Of a DNA stretch of 64,000 nucleotides, positions 1 to 10,181 are shown in pieces; the first letter of the stretch is position 1, and each line of letters begins with the position of its first letter. The stretch spans positions 199,572 to 263,571 of the IMG/VR virus record IMGVR_UViG_3300029984_000001; one strand, 5' to 3'. The notes below the pieces were generated by a model. The model saw only the letters and a program-made list of their open reading frames with translations. It did not search any database and was not told the DNA's origin. The translations under genes were made by a program, and so were the position numbers.

Positions 1-1
1 A

Positions 2-400
2 ATTAAATCAACTATAGCTACACAAATACCAGTTTTATTAGAAGAATTATTAGCTGATATAGTTGATGAAGATAAGAAGATAGAAATATATCTAATACTT
101 TCAGGTATATTTGAAAGTGATTTGTTTGCTAAAGATAATATCTTAAAATTGATATCAGAAGATGTTCAAAAATCTTCAGATAATCCAGAAGCAGATTTAC
201 AAATACTTAAACAAATAACAGAAGAAAAAGAAGTAGCTCAATCTATTGATGTTTCTAATAGTATTGTAAATCAACAAATAGAATTACCTTTAACATTCCA
301 AACACTCACAGAATCGAGTGTTGATAATGATACTGAGGGTGAGAGTGGTTATGTTGTAGGTGGAAATATTCCTATTATAATACAAGAAGAAACTAAATAA
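2..400 (+). CDS. 3' end of a hypothetical acidic protein (5'-truncated by the window)
   Basis: Frame is open from nt 2 through the 122..400 ORF; followed by a hairpin terminator. Confidence 0.7.
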   Translation: MKSTIATQIPVLLEELLADIVDEDKKIEIYLILSGIFESDLFAKDNILKLISEDVQKSSDNPEADLQILKQITEEKEVAQSIDVSNSIVNQQIELPLTFQTLTESSVDNDTEGESGYVVGGNIPIIIQEETK

Positions 401-404
401 AATA

Positions 405-440
405 AAGGGAACAATTGTTCCCTTTTCTTTTTTATTTTTT
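405..440 (+). terminator. Rho-independent terminator
   Basis: aaagggaaca-at-tgttcccttt followed by a long T tract. Confidence 0.8.
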
Positions 441-451
441 ATATAGAGTTT

Positions 452-463
452 AACCTTTAAGTA
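452..463 (+). promoter_or_regulatory. Late-type promoter variant AACC-N6-TA
   Basis: aacc tttaag ta about 20 nt upstream of the start at 486. Confidence 0.5.
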
Positions 464-485
464 TATAAGAGAGGTGTTAATATAG

Positions 486-1223
486 ATGAATTATATGGAC
501 TATGAAAAAATTTCAGATAGAGTAATGGATTTGGGATATAATACTGTTTTAAAAATGAATGTTACTTTAGCAAAGAAAAATAAGGGTGGATATAGAAATC
601 ATTACTATAAAGAATATTCTTATAAAACTAATAAGTATATAGATAAAAGTACATTATGTAATATAAGTAGAAACTTCGATTATTTTTTATCTATTGAAAG
701 ATATAGCGAAGAAAAAGATTTCTTAATGATAAGAGATGAAAATATGTTGGGATTAAGATTTGCATTAAAATCTTTGATGGATAATTGGTTTATAGAAAAA
801 CAAATATTTGCATCAAAGGATAATAGATTAATCATTATGCAAGGGTGGGAACCAATAGTAGCTATTATTTCAATGAATAAAAATTTAGTATTCACTCCAA
901 TAATAATACATAATGTAGATGATACATACAGTCCAGCTGTTAGAATGTCTTATGGTTCAGATTATAGTTATACAGATATATCTTATACAAGACTTAATGC
1001 CTTTGTATATAATATAAATTCAATGTATTTATTCCAATTAGCACAAAATATGCTGAACTTTTTTCAACGTCCAGAATTAGGAACAAATTTAACATCTTAT
1101 AATTATAATTCAGAGAGAGAAAATATGGAAGATGTTTCAGATGGAGGAGTTTCAGTTAAGGGAGGAAGTGATTTAGTATTGAAAAGAAAAAGAGATATAT
1201 TTGATACTATAGACCAAATGTAA
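486..1223 (+). CDS. Hypothetical protein
   Basis: 245-aa ORF with SD gagagg. Confidence 0.75.
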   Translation: MNYMDYEKISDRVMDLGYNTVLKMNVTLAKKNKGGYRNHYYKEYSYKTNKYIDKSTLCNISRNFDYFLSIERYSEEKDFLMIRDENMLGLRFALKSLMDNWFIEKQIFASKDNRLIIMQGWEPIVAIISMNKNLVFTPIIIHNVDDTYSPAVRMSYGSDYSYTDISYTRLNAFVYNINSMYLFQLAQNMLNFFQRPELGTNLTSYNYNSERENMEDVSDGGVSVKGGSDLVLKRKRDIFDTIDQM

Positions 1224-1254
1224 ACAAATAAATTGTGAGAGAGGGTTATTGTTT

Positions 1255-1575
1255 ATGGAAATAGTAAAATTTACACAAAAAGATTTAAGAGAATTCTTGT
1301 CGAGTTTAAAATTGGAAAAATTAACCACTGATTTTATAATAAAAGGGGTTAAATATTGTATAGATAAAAAGATATTACATATAGATATAGTTACAACACA
1401 TATTTACAATTATTTATTTGATATTACTGGAACTGAACCTAAGATTGTAAAAAGAGATATATACAAGGCAGTAAAAGGTGTAACAGCTGAAGATAAGATC
1501 ATTAAGTTTGGTTATGAAGGTAATCTTACTAATAGAAAACTATTCATAATATTATTAGAAAGATACGGATATTAA
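1255..1575 (+). CDS. Hypothetical protein
   Basis: ORF with SD gagaggg. Confidence 0.65.
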   Translation: MEIVKFTQKDLREFLSSLKLEKLTTDFIIKGVKYCIDKKILHIDIVTTHIYNYLFDITGTEPKIVKRDIYKAVKGVTAEDKIIKFGYEGNLTNRKLFIILLERYGY

Positions 1576-1586
1576 TACATAAAATA

Positions 1587-1616
1587 TACAGAGTGGTACA
1601 AGCCACTCTGTATTTT
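1587..1616. terminator. Bidirectional terminator between convergent genes
   Basis: tacagagtgg-tacaag-ccactctgta flanked by A and T tracts. Confidence 0.75.
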
Positions 1617-1619
1617 ACG

Positions 1620-2414
1620 TCAATTCATTGTATACATAATTGGTTGGTTATAGTTATCAGCTCCAACAAAAGAATCTTTAAATTCTTGAATTAAATCTGG
1701 TCTTCTTTGAGCAACAGTTTGTAAATCATCTATTCTAAGATTTGTATTCACAAATACTGTTTCTAAACCATCAAAATATTTTAAATAGTTGTATAAAAAA
1801 GTAGCTATATCAACTATAGCAAACTCTTCAAAACTTTCCATTTTAGTTGGCTCTATTGTCAATAAATTATCTGAATGTTTTATCATTAAATTAACCTTAA
1901 ATGTTTTTATATTTGTTTTATTCATATATTCTCCAGATACAGTTTGTAATTTAATCTTATTAGGTGGTTTGAAATCGATATATATTCCACTACTAAATAA
2001 AGATTGTCTATCAGCAGAACCTTGAATAGCTGCAATTTGATCAAAAGAATAATTTAAATTATTATTAAAAAATCCATAAGGAGATGATCCTACATCATAC
2101 CATCCTGGATTTTCTACACCAAATGCATAAGGATCATCCCAAGGGATATCTTGTACACCAAGTATTTCTATATTACCTGGAACTATATTCTCATCTATAA
2201 GATAAAAACCTTCTCTATCTTGGCTCATTCTAGAAGTATCAAAAGTATAAGGGATTCTATTACCAAAGAATCTTGAAAATGATCTTAACGTATAATTACT
2301 TATCCATTCCCCCCATTTATTTTTTGCTATTTCTTCTGGTAAATTCAAGGGTTCAGTTCCTAATCTTAACTCTATTAAATTAATAAGATTAGTCATATTA
2401 TTTGACATTGCCAT
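1620..2414 (-). CDS. Putative neck/head-completion protein (T4 gp13-like)
   Basis: C-terminal LKYFDGLETV...DDLQ resembles the gp13 C-terminus; cotranscribed with the prohead protease. Confidence 0.45.
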   Translation of the reverse strand: MAMSNNMTNLINLIELRLGTEPLNLPEEIAKNKWGEWISNYTLRSFSRFFGNRIPYTFDTSRMSQDREGFYLIDENIVPGNIEILGVQDIPWDDPYAFGVENPGWYDVGSSPYGFFNNNLNYSFDQIAAIQGSADRQSLFSSGIYIDFKPPNKIKLQTVSGEYMNKTNIKTFKVNLMIKHSDNLLTIEPTKMESFEEFAIVDIATFLYNYLKYFDGLETVFVNTNLRIDDLQTVAQRRPDLIQEFKDSFVGADNYNQPIMYTMN

Positions 2415-2428
2415 AAGTATCACCTCTT

Positions 2429-3298
2429 CTACCCTAAATATATTTTTTCAGAATAATTCATTAATTGATTTTGAATGTGTTGTTCAATATTTACTATGAA
2501 TGTATCTCCATCTTTACTACAAACTTGTATTTGTCTGCCACCTTCTAACATTGTATAAGAATTATTTAATAAATCAAATGATTCTTTGAAGAAATAAAGA
2601 TTAGCAGATTCTTGTTTTATATATTCTATTATTTGATTATTTGTAACTGGAATTAATATACCAGCATCATTTTCTTGTACTACAAATTTATTTCCAATAT
2701 TCTCTTTACCATGAGCCAATAAAGCATTTTCTGTTACACCAACAATAGAGGTGGTATAGGCTCTCTTATGTGAAGGGTATATAACTCTATCCCAAGTAAT
2801 AATAGTTATATTTTCTACTTCAGCCCCTCTTGAAGTTTGATTGACAGTACCTAATGCTCTTAACGAAAAAGATGGTTTATCTCCATCCATTAAATCTAAA
2901 TTAAATGCTTCACCGTAAGAATTATTCGAACCTTTTATATGAGCTTTGATATCATTACCGTCCACCCAAAACTTAACTATTTTATTACATCTTAAAGATG
3001 GTTCTATAATTTGCTGTCTAGAAATTTCTTTAGACATTGGATGACCTTCTTCTCCATATAAGTTTCCAGTTGCTACTAATTCAGTCAATCTATCAGCTTT
3101 TAAAGCTGGTTTCATTTCCTTATCTGAATAGAATCTTTTGTTTCTATTTTGTATATTCATATCTTGTAATATAACTTCAGCAGTTACTCTTCTACCATCA
3201 TTATCAACTATCTTCATTTCTGTCTCATGCATACATGTAGCAGTTTCTATAATAACATACCCTATTTTCTTATCATAATTATTATAAGTCATACCCAT
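2429..3298 (-). CDS. Prohead core protease (T4 gp21-like)
   Basis: Motifs LQDMNIQNRNKRFY, YGEEGHP (His), SFSLRALG (Ser), WDRVIYPS. Confidence 0.9.
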   Translation of the reverse strand: MGMTYNNYDKKIGYVIIETATCMHETEMKIVDNDGRRVTAEVILQDMNIQNRNKRFYSDKEMKPALKADRLTELVATGNLYGEEGHPMSKEISRQQIIEPSLRCNKIVKFWVDGNDIKAHIKGSNNSYGEAFNLDLMDGDKPSFSLRALGTVNQTSRGAEVENITIITWDRVIYPSHKRAYTTSIVGVTENALLAHGKENIGNKFVVQENDAGILIPVTNNQIIEYIKQESANLYFFKESFDLLNNSYTMLEGGRQIQVCSKDGDTFIVNIEQHIQNQLMNYSEKIYLG

Positions 3299-3371
3299 AA
3301 ATAATAATCCTCCTTTATATATTCTTATTATTATAGTTCAATATCTAAAATCGTTAGGTATCTATATAGGG

Positions 3372-3383
3372 AACTATATAATA
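3372..3383 (+). promoter_or_regulatory. Late promoter AACT-N6-TA
   Basis: aact atataa ta upstream of SD aaagggg. Confidence 0.65.
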
Positions 3384-3410
3384 ATATAAACTTTGAAAGG
3401 GGATGATTTA

Positions 3411-5429
3411 ATGGCTAAATATGATGATATACAAAGCCGAATATATAACCTAAAAACTAAATCTATTATCAATGAAGAGATGGATATGTCAATGATAAAT
3501 TATAATCTATATAATAATTCTAATCTAGGAAAGACAATATCAAAAATAACAACCGATCAAATCAATTCTAATAATTTATTAGAAAGTATATGTAATATAA
3601 TTATAAAGTCTCAAATTTCAATACAAGAACAAAAAGAGATAGGAGATTCTTTAATAAGGACATTACCTAATATACAAAAAATAAAGAAGTATAAAAATTC
3701 ATTTTACGAGGTTGCAAATAAAATTAATAATCCTTTAATAAAGGATAAAGTTAATCTTCTTATAGAATGCGATCGTATAATAAATAATCAAGAAAAATTA
3801 GTAGAATATTCTAAATTCGACTTTATATTTGAAAACTATTTTTTAAATAATGATTTGGAAACAATAGTTGTTGAATCTTGTGATGTAATCGATTCTTATA
3901 AAATGAAATATGAAACTAAACTAAGTGTTGCATTAGAAAATATAATATATAATATGGATGCTTTAAAAAAAGAATATGATAAAAAAGAATTAGTTGAATT
4001 GGTATATGAATACTTCATTTCTTCTAAAGAATATAAAAAAGAGAATGTAGATAAAGTATTAAGGGAAGCTTCTATTGAATTAGATAATATTTTAATTGAT
4101 TCTATACTAGAAGGAAAAAATATTAATAAAATAAAACAAAAATTTAAAGACATGAGACATGATGGTCCTATTACTAAAGAGGCTTTAGAAAAAACAATAC
4201 ATAAAGCTTATATAGATTCTGGTCAAAATATAATTGAAGACTTACCTAATCTTTTGGGTTGTGTAAGATTGGCTTTAGTATTAATAATAGCTTCATATAG
4301 TCTACCTTTAGGGATTATAGTAGGAATTGCTGATCATATAATAAGTTTAAAATTAAATAGAGTTGATATAGAAAAGAGTATAAAGTATTATAAAAGAGAA
4401 AAAACCAAAATAGAAAGTAAAAAATACTCTGTTAGTAATGCTGCAACTGTTAAAAAGTATGATCAATTAGATAAAGAGTATGATAATAGTATAGAAAAAC
4501 TAGAGATATATAGAGATACATTATATACAGATAAAGAAAATGAATATAGAATGATGAGTGAATCTGCTGAAAATGATCCTATTAGATTACAAGCAGAATT
4601 TATTACATTGTGCGAGACAGTAGAATCTTATTGTAAAAATTCTGATATACAAGATAAACTATATAATTATATTTATAAAATAGATGACTCTAGGGATATA
4701 AATATATTATTTAATTCATTATCTGAATCGGCTGTTGCAAGTTCTAGTCTTTTTGATTTCGATACAATCTTTAGAAATTTACAGAATCCAAATATATCTG
4801 GGTCATTAATAAATAATATATCTAAATATAAAAGAAAGCCTAAACTAGATGTAAATAAAGATGATGTTGATATCCTAGAAGAGATGATCTATTATAACAA
4901 TATTTATGATATATTATCTGAAAATACTATAACAGCAAAGGCTAAATTATTAGCTATAAATGCTAAGAATAAAGTTCAAAGTCTGACTGATAAAGAAAAA
5001 ATGATATCAAATAGAATAGATACCACTTTTGATAAAATGAAATCTGATTTAGAGAATAAGAATACTAATCAAAATAGAGAGGCTGTAATTAAGGGTACAA
5101 TACTACCTTCATTATCATCTCTACTTAAATTAGTATTGGGTTCATATTTAGTTGCAATTGCTGTTACTCCATTATTAGGAATAATAGGATTTGTAGGGGG
5201 TATAGCGTTATCTAAATCTGCTACAGATAAAGAACGTAGAAATATATTGGAAGAAATAGATGTCCAATTGGAATTGGTTGAAAAGAAAATATCATTAGCA
5301 GAAAATTCTAATGATATGAAATCTCTAGAGCAATTATTAAGAATACAAAAAAGATTAAAACAAGAAAGACAAAGAATTGTTTATCATGGTTCTGCAAAAA
5401 ATTATTATGTAGCTAAACACAAAGATTAA
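3411..5429 (+). CDS. Putative virion internal protein with two hydrophobic hairpin plus coiled-coil modules
   Basis: In the head operon; hydrophobic segments LALVLIIASYSLPLGIIVGIA and LVLGSYLVAIAVTPLLGIIGFVGGIAL; several [IL]xE sites. Confidence 0.6.
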   Translation: MAKYDDIQSRIYNLKTKSIINEEMDMSMINYNLYNNSNLGKTISKITTDQINSNNLLESICNIIIKSQISIQEQKEIGDSLIRTLPNIQKIKKYKNSFYEVANKINNPLIKDKVNLLIECDRIINNQEKLVEYSKFDFIFENYFLNNDLETIVVESCDVIDSYKMKYETKLSVALENIIYNMDALKKEYDKKELVELVYEYFISSKEYKKENVDKVLREASIELDNILIDSILEGKNINKIKQKFKDMRHDGPITKEALEKTIHKAYIDSGQNIIEDLPNLLGCVRLALVLIIASYSLPLGIIVGIADHIISLKLNRVDIEKSIKYYKREKTKIESKKYSVSNAATVKKYDQLDKEYDNSIEKLEIYRDTLYTDKENEYRMMSESAENDPIRLQAEFITLCETVESYCKNSDIQDKLYNYIYKIDDSRDINILFNSLSESAVASSSLFDFDTIFRNLQNPNISGSLINNISKYKRKPKLDVNKDDVDILEEMIYYNNIYDILSENTITAKAKLLAINAKNKVQSLTDKEKMISNRIDTTFDKMKSDLENKNTNQNREAVIKGTILPSLSSLLKLVLGSYLVAIAVTPLLGIIGFVGGIALSKSATDKERRNILEEIDVQLELVEKKISLAENSNDMKSLEQLLRIQKRLKQERQRIVYHGSAKNYYVAKHKD

Positions 5430-5448
5430 TGAAAGGAGATTAAAATAA

Positions 5449-6294
5449 ATGGGATATCTTATGAATCTATTAGAAGTAAAGAGAACAACAGGAAATGGTG
5501 AAGATGAAGATTTAAATGATGGTCAATCAAATAATGATGATGATAGTAATTATAATCTAGATGATGAAACTAATAATGATCCTGAAGGGCAACATGATAT
5601 AGCCGACGGTTCAAATAATTATAACTTAGAAGATGAAACCAATACAAATCCAGAAGATGATAATGGGGGTAATCCTCCTATTGATGATAATAATGTTCCA
5701 GCTTCAGATAATGATCCCGAACACGATACAGTAGATGGTACTAACAACTATAATTTAGAAGATGAAACTAATAAAGATCCAACTCCAGAAGATGATAACG
5801 AAATAGATGATACAAATGCTCCTGATAATAATGATACTAATAACTATAACTTAGAAGATGAAACAAATGGTGAAGACAATACATCATCTGATACAGGTAA
5901 TTTAGATGGAACAGATGGGCAACCTGTAGATCCAGATGCTAAAATAAAAGAAATTGAACAATCTATAGGAACTCTCAATCCAGAGCAATTAAAAGTACAA
6001 AATGTGAATTTGAAGAAGCAATATATAGAACTATATAATAATTGTAGTAATATAATAATGAGATTGAATGATGTTAATAAAAAGAGTGAAACTGAAGAAG
6101 GTTTAGCTTTCGCAATACAAAGTGTTCAAGATCTTAAAAGTATTATATATGATTATCTTATTCATACATATGATACAAAAACATTTGTACAAAATTCTGT
6201 TAATTACACCGAGTATTTAGTTACTCTTAATTCGGTAAATAAATTATTAAATAATCTTAATACTAACAAAAATGTAAATAATGTTAAAAAGTAA
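5449..6294 (+). CDS. Putative prohead scaffold/core protein (acidic, repetitive)
   Basis: D/N-rich N-terminal half, helical C-terminus, immediately upstream of the capsid gene. Confidence 0.5.
   Translation: MGYLMNLLEVKRTTGNGEDEDLNDGQSNNDDDSNYNLDDETNNDPEGQHDIADGSNNYNLEDETNTNPEDDNGGNPPIDDNNVPASDNDPEHDTVDGTNNYNLEDETNKDPTPEDDNEIDDTNAPDNNDTNNYNLEDETNGEDNTSSDTGNLDGTDGQPVDPDAKIKEIEQSIGTLNPEQLKVQNVNLKKQYIELYNNCSNIIMRLNDVNKKSETEEGLAFAIQSVQDLKSIIYDYLIHTYDTKTFVQNSVNYTEYLVTLNSVNKLLNNLNTNKNVNNVKK
5548..5868 (+). repeat. Four copies of NYNL[DE]DETN (aaYtataaYYtagaWgatgaaac)
   Basis: Copies start near 5548, 5617, 5746 and 5842. Confidence 0.85.
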
Positions 6295-6326
6295 GTATTT
6301 TTTAATTTTTAATTATCGAGTTATTG

Positions 6327-6338
6327 AACAATATAGTA
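6327..6338 (+). promoter_or_regulatory. Late promoter AACA-N6-TA for the capsid gene
   Basis: aaca atatag ta followed by SD taaggagg. Confidence 0.75.
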
Positions 6339-6368
6339 AATTATTAAAGAATATAAGGAGGAATTACA

Positions 6369-8129
6369 ATGGCTACAGGAGGAACAAGAAAAAAGAAAAT
6401 AGTATCTGATGGTTATAGCAATAGTCCGTTTGCAGGAATTTCAGGACAATTTAGTAAAGTTGCTAAGGAAATTCAAATACAAGAAGGTGTCGATTTATTT
6501 GGGCAACCTGCATTAGCATTAAATAATCCTAAAGTAGTAAATACTTTAGAAAGTTTCTTTATAGAAGGTACTTATGATCAAAAATTATATGATGGTACTA
6601 CTAGAGGATATAATGCAAGAGCTTTACAAGAATATAAAAATGATATGAAAGAGTTATTTAAAAATGACGTTGAAGCTATTACTGAGTATACAGCAATGAA
6701 TTCAGTGAACCCTATTGTTACAACAGGATTAGCAATGCATAAATTAATTGCATTAAGAAATATATTTAGACAAGGTGTAATTCAAACTAACGTTGCAGTT
6801 GAACCTAGATTTACAATCAAGATGCAACATAGATATTTAATAACTCCAGATGGTAAAGAATTAGATTTAGTATTAGACCAAAATAAATTATCTGATGCTT
6901 TCAATTCAATTAACCCTAAGAGAGTTGTAACTTTAGAATTTACTGGAAATACTTGTAATACTGCTACTTTTGTTCCTGGTAAAAGATTAGTGGAATTATG
7001 TGGTGGTGTATTAGGTAGAGACAATCTAAATACAGATACCGAAATTCATGCTATTTACATAGAAGTACCAGATGAAGCTGCTATTAAAGCAGGTACTCTT
7101 GGAGCTACTAAAATAGAAAAGATTAAAAAGAGAATTCAATTTACTCCTCAATATGGTCCTAATAATATTACAGGGTTTAATCAACCTTTAGATTTAACTA
7201 AATTCGTTGAAGGTGCAACCGATTTATTTTCAGGTACATTAACTAATAATGAAATGATGTTAATAAGTGGATTAGGAATTATAAAGAAAGTAGATATTAG
7301 AATTCAATTAGATCCTTCTAATGGTTTACTATCAACATGTAGAGCAGGTTGGAGACATGATGAAACATTGGTCACTATTCCAAATGCTAACCCAATGAAT
7401 ATTCCAATATCTCCTGAAGAAATTAAGGATATCCAAGCTATGTATGGAATAGATCAACTATCTATGTATATGTCTATAATTAATGATGTATTAGGAAATG
7501 TTAAGGATGATAGTATCAGAAAAGATTTATATGCTTCTTTTGATAATATGAATGCGTCTGAAAGAAAAGTTAGTTGGTTTGATTTCGAACCAAGAGAAGG
7601 ATATAATAGAGATCATGTAAGTTGGAGATATTCTTCATTCATGGATATATTTGATACATTTGTAACAGATTTATTATATATCTTGAATGATGAAGACGTT
7701 ACAGTATCTATATTTGGTAGACCAGATGTAATTAGAAAGATTACTCCTACTGATTACAGCTACCAAGCACCATCTAGTATAGGACCAGTAAGTCTTGAAT
7801 ATACTAGAACTATTGCTACATCTGACAACAGAGTATACAACTTTGTATCTTCTCAAAAGTTAGGAGCTAGTAATGACTTAACAGTTATTCTAAATCCAAA
7901 TAATACAGATAGAATTATATATAGAGTTTACGATTATCAATTCTACGTTTCAAATGAAATCAAGAATGCTGATAATCATGTATTACCAGGTGTTCATGCA
8001 TTTGAAAGATTCAAATTCTTAGAATATCAACCAGTACAAGGTAAGTTCAGAGTATTTAATCCATCTGGTAGAAATGATGATAATACAAAATATCAAGATC
8101 AACTTAAAGATTTAAGAGATATAGCATAA
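6369..8129 (+). CDS. Major capsid protein (T4 gp23-like precursor)
   Basis: AITE|YTAMNSVNPIVTTGLAMHKLIALRNIF...VIQT resembles the gp23 post-cleavage segment; own promoter, strong SD and terminator; position after protease and scaffold. Confidence 0.75.
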   Translation: MATGGTRKKKIVSDGYSNSPFAGISGQFSKVAKEIQIQEGVDLFGQPALALNNPKVVNTLESFFIEGTYDQKLYDGTTRGYNARALQEYKNDMKELFKNDVEAITEYTAMNSVNPIVTTGLAMHKLIALRNIFRQGVIQTNVAVEPRFTIKMQHRYLITPDGKELDLVLDQNKLSDAFNSINPKRVVTLEFTGNTCNTATFVPGKRLVELCGGVLGRDNLNTDTEIHAIYIEVPDEAAIKAGTLGATKIEKIKKRIQFTPQYGPNNITGFNQPLDLTKFVEGATDLFSGTLTNNEMMLISGLGIIKKVDIRIQLDPSNGLLSTCRAGWRHDETLVTIPNANPMNIPISPEEIKDIQAMYGIDQLSMYMSIINDVLGNVKDDSIRKDLYASFDNMNASERKVSWFDFEPREGYNRDHVSWRYSSFMDIFDTFVTDLLYILNDEDVTVSIFGRPDVIRKITPTDYSYQAPSSIGPVSLEYTRTIATSDNRVYNFVSSQKLGASNDLTVILNPNNTDRIIYRVYDYQFYVSNEIKNADNHVLPGVHAFERFKFLEYQPVQGKFRVFNPSGRNDDNTKYQDQLKDLRDIA

Positions 8130-8136
8130 TATATAA

Positions 8137-8168
8137 TACACAGCAACTTAATTGTTGCTGTGTTTTTT
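8137..8168 (+). terminator. Rho-independent terminator
   Basis: aacacagcaac-ttaatt-gttgctgtgtt followed by T tract. Confidence 0.8.
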
Positions 8169-8182
8169 AAGGAGGAATTATA

Positions 8183-9340
8183 ATGAATACTAAACCTAAA
8201 TATTTTACTTACGACTTTAGTAACTTTGATTCTTTAATGTTAAAATTAAAAGATGATCATTCTAATGATACTTTGAATGGAATCAGGGATGAACTAAATA
8301 GATTCTTTAACGATGCAAAATGTGTAAATATACTATACAATATTAATACAGATAAAGTGTTTTTTGGTATGTGTGTTATGCCGTCATTATTAGATAGTGA
8401 TATAGATAATATGATTAAAGGAACAGATGTAAAAGTAAGAGTACAAAAGTATTATGTTGAAATAGATTCTAAGTTACTACAATTAAATATGTCTGCCAGA
8501 GAACTTACTGCATGTTTATTGCATGAAGTAGGGCATGTTATCAATGATACTTCTGGTACAGAGAAAATAAAAGATGCTGTAGCAGCCTACGTATCTAATA
8601 AAAATGAAGTCCTAGATCAATCTAATATGAATAATGATAGAGAAATATATAGACTTGGGGTTGCTTTGGGTTTATCTAAATTAAACAGTTTATTCAATAG
8701 AGATGATGATGAATTAATAGCAGATTCATTTGTAGTTGCTTGTGGTTATGGTGATGAATTAAGTAGTGCTTATAAAAAGATAATAAACTCTACTGGTAAA
8801 CTAAATAAAGGTGTTAAGAATAAATTAATTACACTACAATGGACTCTATCTTTAATGCTTAATATGAAAGCGAGTAGAATACCTGCATTACATTCTTTAA
8901 AGGTATCTAAAAAAGTAGAACCATCTGAATTAATAAAAAACAACATTTCTCATACTATAGACGCATTATATAAATATGATATTAAATCTATTCATGAAAA
9001 TTTGGTGGATAAGATCTCCGATTACTTTGATAATGTCTCGTACTCTGATATACGAGATATTGAGGACGAATTGTATGAATATAACATAAGAGTCAAGAAT
9101 TGTGAAATAGAAGATGATGCATTAATTATTACAAGAGAACTAAATACAAGATTATCCATATTAGATGATTTAATGATGAGTAAAAAATTAAACGATTCTA
9201 ATTTTAAAAAATGTTCTGATTTAAAAAATAGATACTTATTCATAAGAAAACAACTTACCGATAAGAAATTATATGCGGGTCGAACTCTCAGCTTGTTTGT
9301 AGATACACCTTATATTAAAGGACGTCCAGATTTAATGTAA
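8183..9340 (+). CDS. Zincin metallopeptidase (M48-like), probably virion-associated
   Basis: ELTACLLHEVGH (HEXXH) and downstream ELIADSF...GYG. Confidence 0.75.
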   Translation: MNTKPKYFTYDFSNFDSLMLKLKDDHSNDTLNGIRDELNRFFNDAKCVNILYNINTDKVFFGMCVMPSLLDSDIDNMIKGTDVKVRVQKYYVEIDSKLLQLNMSARELTACLLHEVGHVINDTSGTEKIKDAVAAYVSNKNEVLDQSNMNNDREIYRLGVALGLSKLNSLFNRDDDELIADSFVVACGYGDELSSAYKKIINSTGKLNKGVKNKLITLQWTLSLMLNMKASRIPALHSLKVSKKVEPSELIKNNISHTIDALYKYDIKSIHENLVDKISDYFDNVSYSDIRDIEDELYEYNIRVKNCEIEDDALIITRELNTRLSILDDLMMSKKLNDSNFKKCSDLKNRYLFIRKQLTDKKLYAGRTLSLFVDTPYIKGRPDLM

Positions 9341-9355
9341 TATAACAATATTTAT

Positions 9356-9367
9356 AACTTTAAAGTA
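9356..9367 (+). promoter_or_regulatory. Late promoter AACT-N6-TA
   Basis: aact ttaaag ta. Confidence 0.6.
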
Positions 9368-9438
9368 TATACTTGTGATAGATAACAGGTAAATTCTGTT
9401 ATCTATATTTTATAAGATAAAAAAGGAGGTGAAATTTA

Positions 9439-10111
9439 ATGCAATCATTTATGTCAAGAGATCCAATTCCTATAAAAAATCACGATAAAATAGGATAAGT
9501 AAGTTACAATAATAATCAAACTTACATGGAAATAATTGATTATAAATCATATGGAAATATTGATATCATGTTGATTAACATATTATCTGATGGGACTATA
9601 TATTACACAAAAAGAGAAAATAAAAGTACTTGGGCTTTTCATAATGGAGGTATTAGTTGTATATTTGACAAAACAATATATAATGTAGGTTATATCGGAG
9701 GATATAAGTACTCATTAAACTCTAACTGTGCAACTAAATGGAGGGATATGTTGAGAAGGTCATATGATATATGGACCTAATACATGTTGTTTTTTACCAA
9801 ATGATCTAAATATATTATTTAAAAAAGAAACAAAAGAAACAGACCTACCAATAGGTGTATTTTTCATAAAAAGAGGAAAAGAAAAACCATATGGTGCAAG
9901 TATTAGTATTAATAATAAAACAAAGACTATTGGGGTGTTTTCAACTTCAACTCCAGAAGAAGCTTTCTATGCTTATAAAGAAGCTAAAGAAGATTATATA
10001 AAAGAAATAGCAAATCATTATATGTATGAAAAAGGTGGACAATATATACCACAATATAGAGATGTCGTATATCCAGCTTTATTAAATTACAAAATAGAAA
10101 TAGACGATTAA
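9439..10111 (+). pseudogene. Degenerate HNH/AP2 homing endonuclease
   Basis: SD aaggaggt plus ATG at 9439; in-frame TAA at 9496; WRDMLRRSY joined out of frame to YGPNTCCFLP with the intervening nuclease core missing; AP2-like LPIGV...TPEEAFYAYKEAKE. Confidence 0.8.
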
Positions 10112-10132
10112 GTTAAAAAATACCAATATTAT

Positions 10133-10144
10133 AACTATAAAGTA
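10133..10144 (+). promoter_or_regulatory. Late promoter AACT-N6-TA
   Basis: aact ataaag ta. Confidence 0.6.
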
Positions 10145-10181
10145 TATATAAAAATAATAAAATTTTAGGAGGATACATAAA

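Noticed and set aside
3326-3338. Late-promoter-like AACT upstream of the protease (and a similar one at 39632 before dcd)
   Set aside because: Spacing to T[AG] is 7 rather than 6 nt; plausible but not listed as consensus sites
5548-5868. Spaced short repeats resembling a CRISPR array
   Set aside because: Repeats are in frame, vary at synonymous sites, have irregular spacing of about 70-130 nt, and no cas genes are present
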